Made by a program: the position numbers and the translations under genes. Positions 57,801 to 64,000 of a DNA stretch of 64,000 nucleotides are shown here, in pieces; position 1 is the stretch's first letter, and each line of letters opens with the position of its first letter. The notes beneath the pieces were generated by a model. The model was given only the letters and a program-made list of their open reading frames with translations. It was not told the DNA's origin and searched no databases. Source of the DNA: a virus; the IMG/VR virus record IMGVR_UViG_3300035670_000089, positions 33,571 to 97,570 of that record; one strand, written 5' to 3'.

Positions 57801-60800
57801 GAGTTTAGCCGTAAGGGTGAATCTCAAGAACTAAATACCCTATTGGAGAATATGCGCTCCATTGGGGAAATAGCTAGTGGAGACATAGGAAGACTACCCG
57901 GCGATAAAATGGAACAACGAGTCGAGACTATGTCGAGGGTCTACCTTGAGGACATGAGAGCAGGTTTAGAAGGCGAAAAAGGTTCCCTCTTAGGAAAACA
58001 AGTTAACTCCATCGTAGAGAGTATACTAGAAAACATAACAAAAAACCAAAAGAAAACCGGACAATCTATCCCGGATATCGCGGCACAATACGCCCAGTTT
58101 GAACAGGGTGCCCTCGAGATCGGTCAACGCCGTGAATTGTTCTTAAACCAACTAGTGCAAAACAAGGCTGCATTTAATAATCTAAGTAATGAAGAGAAGA
58201 GAGATTACATCCAACAACGGATTATCCGAAGTGCCCAACTTTTGAACGAGGAGACTGCCGCCACTGCTTCACAACAAGATATTCAAGAACGAAATGTACT
58301 CCTCAGTATTATCTCTAAAGAACTTTTGGATAAGTTCAAGAGTGCTATAACTATCGACCCAGGGACGGAGTATATCGAAGGACGGCATAAACTTAAGGAG
58401 TACACGCAAAACCGTATTGCTGAACTAGAAGCAAAATCTAATCCTTCCCGTAAGGACCGACAAGAGATTGAAAGACTAAAAACCCTAGAGAAGTCTATTA
58501 TCAATACGTTTACCTTAGAGCTACCTAAGTTAAGGTTTAGCGGGCACGATTATGACGAGGGTATAGAAGCCGGCGTAATAAAATTGAATTTCACTGGGGA
58601 GGAGACTCAAAAAGCAATGGTATTGGGGTTAGACCTTATAGACCGGATGAGTATGGTCTTCCAAGATTTCTCCCATCCTGCAATGGAGGCACAACAGACA
58701 TTAATCACAAGTATCGCCGCCGCTAAGGAATTAAAGGTCTTTGACGCCTTAGCTAAAGGCTTGACTAAGGACGAGGAAGTCTTCTTTACTTCAGAGCAAT
58801 TAAAGGCATACCAAGATTTAATGAAAGCATCCCAAGTTGCAGAGGCGACTACTTTAGAATTAGCGCGGAACCAAGAAGCAATCCGCCGCTCTATGGGAGA
58901 CCGTCTAACGATGAAAGGTTCCTCTTTCATCGCCACCTCTAGTTTCTTACTCGATAGTCTTGAAGTGGGTTTAGGTAAACGTGTCGATAGTATCCTAGGC
59001 GTAACCGCCGACTCAGGACTAAAAACCCTCCTTATACGGATGGGCGACGCTCTTAAAACTTCTTCCGGGAAAGAAGAACACCCCCTACTCCTAGAAACCT
59101 TTACCGATATCTTTAAAGGTATGGCTTCTATGTATATACAAGGGGATATAGACACTTCTAAGGTAGATTCTAGTAGGTTATCCAACCTACTACAGTTGTC
59201 CAACCTCAAGAAAGGTTCCGATTTAGCGGCGGACGTCATTGCCCTCTTGGACCTTCTTAAAAGAGAACACGATATGACTAAGTCCAATACAGCAAACCAA
59301 CGGAAAGGTAAAGACATACTACAGAATATAACTACCGCAGAGATTAAGGCGCACCAACAGTCTGAGAGCTTTAAGGCAGATAAGAAGAATAAACTTCTGG
59401 AGATGGAGAACTTAGCGTTTAAAGCTTTAGTCTTGGTAGCGAGACAAGGTGCGCCCAGTGGTGTAGGGGATACTTATCCGTTAGGGCACGAATATACAAG
59501 CGAACAGGAAGTAAACGCTAGAGCAAAGAAATACGGGACATTACTCCAATTAGACGAGCGCTCAAATAATACAATGATGCTAATCTCCGCGTTGGGTTTC
59601 CAATTTACTCAATTAGGGGACTACGACGGGGACTCTTTCCAAGCTGCAATGACCCGCCTTGCGGATACAACTTCCGCTTTGGGGCAACTTGCTATGAATA
59701 TAAACAAGGAGAGAAAACGCATCCCTGACCCTAAAACGAAATATCAAAATATAGGAGCTACCGCGGAAGAGCAGGATAAACTCGATGCCTACCACTTCTA
59801 TAAGATGCAGTCCGCCCAAAAAGCCATGAAGGACTACTCTCAAGACTTTGTGGATAAAGTAACCGCTATTCAAGAACTTCGCAAGAAAGTATTGGAACAG
59901 AGTGAGGGAGCAGTCAGAGACTATATCTCTAAATTTATGGGTATCGATAGAGACCTTATGGAAGGAACACCAGGCTCCACCGGCTCTATTCTTGATGAAG
60001 AACTCAATAGCCTCGTTAAACAGTACCGAGACACTTTAGATAATCTCTACTCCAATAGAGATATCATGCAGTCCTTTAGTGAAAGTCTGTCCGCAATGAC
60101 GACGAAGATATCGGATAAAGGAGGTACTGCTGCCATTACGGATACAAAACTAAAAGCGTTAGCGGATCAATATATAGAATACCTAGGGGCGGACGGCAAA
60201 AAATTCTTCGATGTCGACTTAGACCAGCAGAGACAACAACTAATAGCGTATAGTTCGATGTTGAGTAATTTCGAGGCAAGTCTACGCACTACGGCCAAGA
60301 TGTGGGATAAAGCCGCGGGCTCGAGTATCGACACAGAATCTTTTGCGGAGATCCAAGCTATTGTAGGCGACACCGGTACTGGACTTCTCGGTAAAACCTA
60401 CAACACTATTATTCCTCTCCTTTCGATGACGGCGGGACAACAAGCAATACATCGAGCGGCGGAAAAACAGGATAGTACAAGCGCTGAGATTCTCAAAACA
60501 GCTATCGAACAGAGAGAAGCCTCTTTGGATGTAGATGACGAGGACTATGAACTCAAACGAGATTTCTTAAGGGACTTAAAGACGAAGTATACCGGGCAGA
60601 CTAAACCAGAGCCAAATATGGCACTGTTCCAAGAACTCCAAGATAGAGTAGACGCCACCTTTGGGGTTCTGACGAATATACAACAATTCCTCCGAGACGC
60701 GGCATTAAAACCGAAGGAGAAAACTACAGTAAGTTTAATCGCGCAGGATTGGAGATTAAGCGGTGATTTAGCGAAGGAATTTAGTGATGTAGCGGATAGA

Positions 60801-63068
60801 CGAGGACTGCATAATATTCTTTCCGGCGTCGGTGACGATGAAAACCGCGCCAGAATCTTGGATGCCTTCATCGGTACCCAAGCGGGTGCAGTTATGAAGA
60901 GCGATCTAAACTTAAACTTAACGTCAGAGGAAGTCGCAGCTTTCCACGACAATAAATGGAAAGATATCGACACAAACGAGATTAGGGCCTTTGGAGTACT
61001 CGAGATAATGAACGAGTACCTAAGTGGAAGAAAGAGTGCGGAGGCCATGATGGAGGATGGTAAATACCGCGGCCTCTTTAGTCAACAAAAAGAAGCTTTG
61101 GCCGAAACAGGTAAACTTACCTCCGACTCTGAGATAGTCAGCGCGACCATTACAAAACTCCTCAGTAAGTTCCGGTCGCAGTTTGTTTTCGACAATGTAC
61201 TTGAAGGCGGAGAACCTAAGAATAAAGCGGCATTAGAATCTTTCTTTGGACGAATGAAGGAGAAGTATACCGACGAAGGTATAGAAGAACAAATAAAGGC
61301 GTACGAAGCAGAGTACGATGACCGACTAACCAAGGAGGGTATAGTCGGGAGTACAGCGGAAGAGATAGAAAGTATCGAAATGAGAAAACAGGAGAATGTA
61401 GATAAACTGAGAGAGAAGAAGAAAAAGATACAAGAGATTGTACAGAGAAAGGATATAAATGCCGAAACTGCTGTAAGAGAGTTAGTCGGACTAAATATAC
61501 AATCCCAGACGGAAGTTCTCACTCCCGTATTAGAAAAACTAAGGGAAATCAATATCCTCATAGGTAAGGCTAAAGAGGGGACGGCCCCCTCAGGCACTGG
61601 GGCCTTCGAGAATATACAAGAACAGATGTTGGCGCTGACCAATACGTTATCGCGGGGGAAAATAACTGGAGGAGCTTTAGCGGGAATAAGTGCTAAACTC
61701 GCTAGTTTAGTTAGTGGAGACGTAAACCAAAATGAGTTTATGGCGCTGTTGGCTCTTGGAGGAGATATGGGTTTACCGGGTGCGCTAGAGCTTATACAAC
61801 AGCACCAGGAACAACCCGATAAGATTACCCAGAAAGAGAAACTACGCCAGGAAGAAGTAAAAGCAAAAGAACTGCAAAAGGTTATGACCGAGACCGTAGA
61901 CCAAGACGGGACGAAGATAACCTTTGCGGAGTATAACGTCTTAAATAACACTGAGACGGCACATGTGGAAGAACTGCAAAAAGGAGTCCGGAGTGCATCT
62001 GCGCTACAGAATGAATTGATGGGGCAACAAGAGGAGTTATCGGATTTAGACCGTGCTACGATAGACCGTGCCGAGAAGGAGAAGTCAAAACTTAAAGATA
62101 AGATAAACCGTATTCAAGATAAGAGTCTCTCTCTAGAAGAGAGACAAAATATGATACAAGATGAGTTGTGGGAAGACCCCGCGGCAGATGTATCCGAATG
62201 GATAAATAAAGAGTTATACACCAAAGCGAGAAAGGTTAAGTCCGAAGAACGCAAAAAGTATGTAGACGCCGCAAACCGTGAAGTAGGTAAGGAATATCGT
62301 AAAGGACATATGATGAGTGTCCTTGTCCTACCTCTGATATTCGGCGCCGCTCAAGGCGAAGTAAACTTTGAGAACGCTATTAATACTGGCTGGGATGTAT
62401 TACAAGGAGTAGTAACCTCAGTAAATTATAAAGAGTCTAGTATAAGAAAACAGTTGTTCTCTGCGGATGGAAGTACATTAGCGGAGGACCCGACGTTAGC
62501 GGAGAAGAGGGCGCAAAAATTGGCGTATCAATTCCAACTCGCCCGCGTCCGTCAATTCCAGAGAGAGAGTAAAAATCCTTTAGAGGGGAGTTTACAAGCA
62601 TTAGCATTCGAGAGTGTATACATGGCGGCAGGTGCCGGGACTAGTGAAATTGCCTCTCGAGTATTTAAAAAGAGCGGGTCAGTCGCGCAAACCATAACGG
62701 AAGGTGTCGGAAACCTATTTGGTATGGCAGTCGCGGGGGCCTTAACAAAAAGACCTATACCCGGAACAGAAGCTACTCAAGATTATGCTTGGGCTGCAAC
62801 CGTTCGACAACTCCGCAATATTAATGAATATATGATTCAAGTTAGCGCCCGCGCTCTCCAAGAGATTGTACAGGGCGATGGGGAAACACACGCCTACCAC
62901 GATGAAAACGGAGAGGATATAACTGCCCTCCTTAATGAAAGCGATTTCCAAATGCCGGAGGATAATACAAGCTTATCAGCGATAGAGAGACAATTGATGT
63001 TAGGTGAGAGTAATATGGGAGCAGAAGAACCCATATACATAAACAATAATGCCGAAGTGACGGTTTAA
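51825..63068 (+). CDS. Giant single-chain two-barrel RNA polymerase with N-terminal tandem PLD/HKD domains (candidate virion RNAP); likely start ATG 51864
   Basis: Catalytic GDYDGD (D2599/2601/2603; 59619-59633) preceded by VLVARQGAP and RRSMGDRLTMKGSSFI (beta'-type barrel). QMSDFSFVN, GLRSSTAKG and GQIKG (beta-type barrel). PLD motifs FHPK...ISTQN and MHSK...SSNFS...IEVG. Confidence 0.8.
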   Translation: MKALYTPSSPSLLMNPDEEDPIYPQDADESAYDPNGEDPDEGLYEDSYEDVADTDEHQPEYSPDDDDNNDGAEESADDTDERTLTEKEFDESSIEEQWIKESIAKDTIDSPVQKFFESFLEATDDPYKTLADTTRRAFEGITSKRLSSEDVSNINTFVERIHGAGRDLTQPESVDGKLRFESSVRLKHTGIRNKIVEKTGLYRPPVGFVSRTNERDWVAYHAANRSQNLAEVRFQLQERTYVNELLTRGELHATGKAGTTRILTQKYNVTEGQSTADAAGAAGLFIGNELTLSALNAAGKESGIEADGVRMEGKQSFHPKVGYYSDNNDNVTSGFISTQNITKELTKMRSQEETVFFHAYRANKPGGGKVTQILQEIQAVTEALFEGTEEQRTENKTEDSDTIRSNIESKFATKLKGRQNNVVKLNKELLLGFKSMLSEQTSKSNTKVIVSLQLLDSNLFHDYSLTKDETARLSELSGRADLSKEEIAEKKALELKGDFKTYRDEVAGHLKELASQKRLAIGVTATSFGENQGLYRLLDKNRRDDLRIELTGLLNIKQDQRTEENTRRIQEIKGDLNLKGTEEQIKAKAEKLELSAESKDLLKTFLENDVFRVLASQYMHSKSYAVLQMERGVYSGVDALGTMSSNFSMNSYGRSIEVGIQLGAEDMKEAGFTKDELDQIILHYGYGIDKGGKENLKGLLMEKKGDTRKTEEFMRTLRAMGGKETRVRDKAGTAPFRFSARYADNKLVGVDIVLKDQFSMSLTIGKDAVYINKGNRIITGATWLNQSSKDITIASDIVDGKKRIVRSGESAQISATQVAAALIATMGRTSAYERNQRSMFLTLRKLVKKSEIEKRKLFLLAGLKPEEIPELLRRLDKVVNTEDLDFFNKQQNVDMVAKAIGHDRELYEYYSTQTRVAKSEVINHLLDVYMQTHELPYSHSQLKHKQPVMGITDRVLQNLFARPINEKVNKEKAKQERIKRNPYAEGDIHDSLDTLELSSYILSDVNFSHATKLVDSEGRPYVRGVADISRFKSMDLLEVFGGIYKANTGSPTPMSLELMRALPGLDLITAKEYKQRLADLGVDSKLSKRLLDSAFAAHKERAEDEVDDDAVMLYFPYNKTDQISQRLKNLKSVRPFIVASRAFTSKVRSFGFDNILTSGKLKPEEIMGTTVAQSLTPEQYETMLEIKKEIDADTTIVNKDRELERRLKAIDLNPDSDVRGFTNTPRRVLASMGISQMSDFSFVNANIANKSSYMFTHRVQTALSYEELGISPAEFSGKVAKTLRAGTMFAAQKTELQTDNALYKHIRDVLRYNTSMTNEELRNNLKTLSKNKAFEFLKNVDAKITKNGLQISIKQGVYSTVSDTGQWELRKIGDIAAGSSFFHIEGLTKYKSSGKDSKREVYIPIKSPAVSRRANRGLSILTEDARVVVTDLQPNMVTLTYEALSVQELTSGLRSSTAKGPMSMRSKDLFDTLKEWKEREGSDKYGQYDTQIDKGEVFSLIAAGQIKGFLFEAGFGFLRMGKESKIYQEVAKPSSGLKIAEAIAITMLDNKSKDTRISNLLLDAYDTGVLSKEGKKQFVSFLKGISDKPDTKTTKFKEKDIKTLYTSKTQLDASLSIFGGLMSLTQSSRLDSDKSVEQSLIDTVAAALTGDEEAQKHLQDQALKLFNTTLDKGEYSTKIGNEYSFNESKGKSAALLAFMLSVGQELIQDIDIEERTGNRDKGLFELGFGKESTDEYIENKKYERAARAQAISMNKTLPRANEIYTEENLRKIREKRQELDRATDEAERKKLEIELKALKAGEDSAKKAKLDNLLYEMYTAGQTNRFITLPVNIDINKITPAVGMQDSTSLEGHYAQFLTQKQLNLYTYTAREKEKASTLQESLVVIGGLLEEYRGGLLTAQRVSKFYSFRRFNSVLLADTKTRNKLLKEYIPGKDKKAERRRLNQYAESLSFLAQFSESYSHFASETMPLIFKRQEGLDNVYDVESAYETFFEFSRKGESQELNTLLENMRSIGEIASGDIGRLPGDKMEQRVETMSRVYLEDMRAGLEGEKGSLLGKQVNSIVESILENITKNQKKTGQSIPDIAAQYAQFEQGALEIGQRRELFLNQLVQNKAAFNNLSNEEKRDYIQQRIIRSAQLLNEETAATASQQDIQERNVLLSIISKELLDKFKSAITIDPGTEYIEGRHKLKEYTQNRIAELEAKSNPSRKDRQEIERLKTLEKSIINTFTLELPKLRFSGHDYDEGIEAGVIKLNFTGEETQKAMVLGLDLIDRMSMVFQDFSHPAMEAQQTLITSIAAAKELKVFDALAKGLTKDEEVFFTSEQLKAYQDLMKASQVAEATTLELARNQEAIRRSMGDRLTMKGSSFIATSSFLLDSLEVGLGKRVDSILGVTADSGLKTLLIRMGDALKTSSGKEEHPLLLETFTDIFKGMASMYIQGDIDTSKVDSSRLSNLLQLSNLKKGSDLAADVIALLDLLKREHDMTKSNTANQRKGKDILQNITTAEIKAHQQSESFKADKKNKLLEMENLAFKALVLVARQGAPSGVGDTYPLGHEYTSEQEVNARAKKYGTLLQLDERSNNTMMLISALGFQFTQLGDYDGDSFQAAMTRLADTTSALGQLAMNINKERKRIPDPKTKYQNIGATAEEQDKLDAYHFYKMQSAQKAMKDYSQDFVDKVTAIQELRKKVLEQSEGAVRDYISKFMGIDRDLMEGTPGSTGSILDEELNSLVKQYRDTLDNLYSNRDIMQSFSESLSAMTTKISDKGGTAAITDTKLKALADQYIEYLGADGKKFFDVDLDQQRQQLIAYSSMLSNFEASLRTTAKMWDKAAGSSIDTESFAEIQAIVGDTGTGLLGKTYNTIIPLLSMTAGQQAIHRAAEKQDSTSAEILKTAIEQREASLDVDDEDYELKRDFLRDLKTKYTGQTKPEPNMALFQELQDRVDATFGVLTNIQQFLRDAALKPKEKTTVSLIAQDWRLSGDLAKEFSDVADRRGLHNILSGVGDDENRARILDAFIGTQAGAVMKSDLNLNLTSEEVAAFHDNKWKDIDTNEIRAFGVLEIMNEYLSGRKSAEAMMEDGKYRGLFSQQKEALAETGKLTSDSEIVSATITKLLSKFRSQFVFDNVLEGGEPKNKAALESFFGRMKEKYTDEGIEEQIKAYEAEYDDRLTKEGIVGSTAEEIESIEMRKQENVDKLREKKKKIQEIVQRKDINAETAVRELVGLNIQSQTEVLTPVLEKLREINILIGKAKEGTAPSGTGAFENIQEQMLALTNTLSRGKITGGALAGISAKLASLVSGDVNQNEFMALLALGGDMGLPGALELIQQHQEQPDKITQKEKLRQEEVKAKELQKVMTETVDQDGTKITFAEYNVLNNTETAHVEELQKGVRSASALQNELMGQQEELSDLDRATIDRAEKEKSKLKDKINRIQDKSLSLEERQNMIQDELWEDPAADVSEWINKELYTKARKVKSEERKKYVDAANREVGKEYRKGHMMSVLVLPLIFGAAQGEVNFENAINTGWDVLQGVVTSVNYKESSIRKQLFSADGSTLAEDPTLAEKRAQKLAYQFQLARVRQFQRESKNPLEGSLQALAFESVYMAAGAGTSEIASRVFKKSGSVAQTITEGVGNLFGMAVAGALTKRPIPGTEATQDYAWAATVRQLRNINEYMIQVSARALQEIVQGDGETHAYHDENGEDITALLNESDFQMPEDNTSLSAIERQLMLGESNMGAEEPIYINNNAEVTV
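51835..51862 (-). promoter_or_regulatory. Candidate phage promoter AGTAAGCT-N14-TATATA
   Basis: In the divergent gap upstream of the chaperone gene; matches 18002-18029. Confidence 0.35.
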
Positions 63069-63073
63069 TAAAA

Positions 63074-63613
63074 ATGCCTATTTATGGATACCTAAGAGAA
63101 CCTATATACCGTCGTGTGGAGAAGTACCTAAATCTGAATACACCGATGTTATTCGGCTTTGGGCAATCCACTCCTTGGGAAATAGAAGCTACACCTCCAA
63201 ATGTCCCTCTAGATACTACCGATATCCCCGGCCTCGTCGGCTATGTCCCGATTACTACCCGTAAAGCTGTAATTAAGACATCGGTACTTGAACCCGGCGG
63301 GTTTGAATTGCAGGGCCTCTTTTATAAAACCGTCAATATTAACGATATCCGCGATATCCGCGCTAATCGTATAAATAGACTTTACTTAAAAGGCTACCTC
63401 TATCACGAGGACATCTACACCAAAGTCTGTACTTTTCGATCCTTATCTGTACATATAGATGTAGACCTAAATAGATGTGTAACCGGACCGTATCGATTCT
63501 TAGGTCCTCAAAACGTAGACCGCAGCGCAGCAATGTATTTAGAACATTTCCCTCCCTTTACTGTACAACGCTCAATCCGTCAGTCTTTTGAATTAGTTGT
63601 CTTAATGGATTAA
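63074..63613 (+). CDS. Baseplate wedge protein (T4 gp8-like)
   Basis: FGFGQSTPW...TPP...LVGY...RLYL...FRSL...QSFELVV pattern of myovirus baseplate proteins. Confidence 0.6.
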   Translation: MPIYGYLREPIYRRVEKYLNLNTPMLFGFGQSTPWEIEATPPNVPLDTTDIPGLVGYVPITTRKAVIKTSVLEPGGFELQGLFYKTVNINDIRDIRANRINRLYLKGYLYHEDIYTKVCTFRSLSVHIDVDLNRCVTGPYRFLGPQNVDRSAAMYLEHFPPFTVQRSIRQSFELVVLMD

Positions 63614-63629
63614 GGTAGAGGAAATAAAA

Positions 63630-64000
63630 ATGGCAGTATCACCAAATAGATCGGCGGGGTTAGACCCTACAATAGCCCGGGGTATAGGGACGGACTATAG
63701 TCAAGTACAGACTATAGAACCGTGGGGTGGTGCAACTCTAAACAACATAATGAAGGACATCTTCGTTGTGAAATACTTCCCCGCTGAAGGTGACGCTCCC
63801 CGATTCTTCTGTTTTGCCTTACCCCCTGCAGTAGACCAAACCGGCGGAGGGAGAGGTCAAAACGGGATACCCGAGATAAAGCCAGGTATCGTAACTAATA
63901 CGACAATGAAGTATAAGAACTTTATCGTACCGGGAGCAACGCCGGTAGTGCAGGCGATAGGGGTACAAAATACAACATATCAATTCGTCGGCGCACTTAT
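63630..64000 (+). CDS. Partial ORF, tube-initiator (P2 gpU-like) candidate
   Basis: ATG 63630 after GAGG, open to the window end; KNFIVPGATPVVQAIGVQNTTYQFVGAL resembles the gpU motif. Confidence 0.5.
   Translation, partial: MAVSPNRSAGLDPTIARGIGTDYSQVQTIEPWGGATLNNIMKDIFVVKYFPAEGDAPRFFCFALPPAVDQTGGGRGQNGIPEIKPGIVTNTTMKYKNFIVPGATPVVQAIGVQNTTYQFVGAL

Noticed and set aside
51917-62951. Minus-strand ORFs up to 289 aa inside the RNAP giant
   Set aside because: Ser/Leu/Phe-rich antisense shadows of Glu/Lys-rich codons
17362-64000. Extracellular contractile injection system, tailocin or T6SS
   Set aside because: Portal, protease, capsid and terminase genes show this is a complete phage
1-64000. tRNA, rRNA, CRISPR array, integrase or transposase
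   Set aside because: Intergenic gaps are short (about 115 nt or less) and I saw no such motifs; no covariance search was run

Overview
This window is part of the virion morphogenesis region of a large contractile-tailed (myovirus-type) bacteriophage. A cyanobacterial host is plausible but is only an inference. It is almost fully coding in the standard genetic code. The minus strand carries, in order: a tail assembly chaperone with a -1 frameshift, portal, Mu gpI-type prohead protease, major capsid, decoration and neck proteins, sheath, tube, hub, spike parts, gp25- and gpJ-type baseplate proteins, and a large terminase interrupted by an HNH-type intein. Two giant ORFs stand out. (1) 51825..63068 (+, 3747 aa) has the motifs of both double-psi beta-barrels of a two-barrel RNA polymerase in one chain, including the catalytic DYDGD, preceded by a tandem PLD/HKD module. 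It is a candidate virion-packaged single-subunit RNAP-PLD fusion. (2) An ORF missing from the supplied track starts at 17347 (-) and runs off the left edge (>=5782 aa). It carries a tandem PLD module, long membrane-like/tape-measure-like helices, an HExxH metallopeptidase and a C-terminal row of five peptidoglycan-enzyme-like domains. Together they suggest an unusual injected entry-plus-transcription system. All assignments come from motif reading by eye; no database searches were run.
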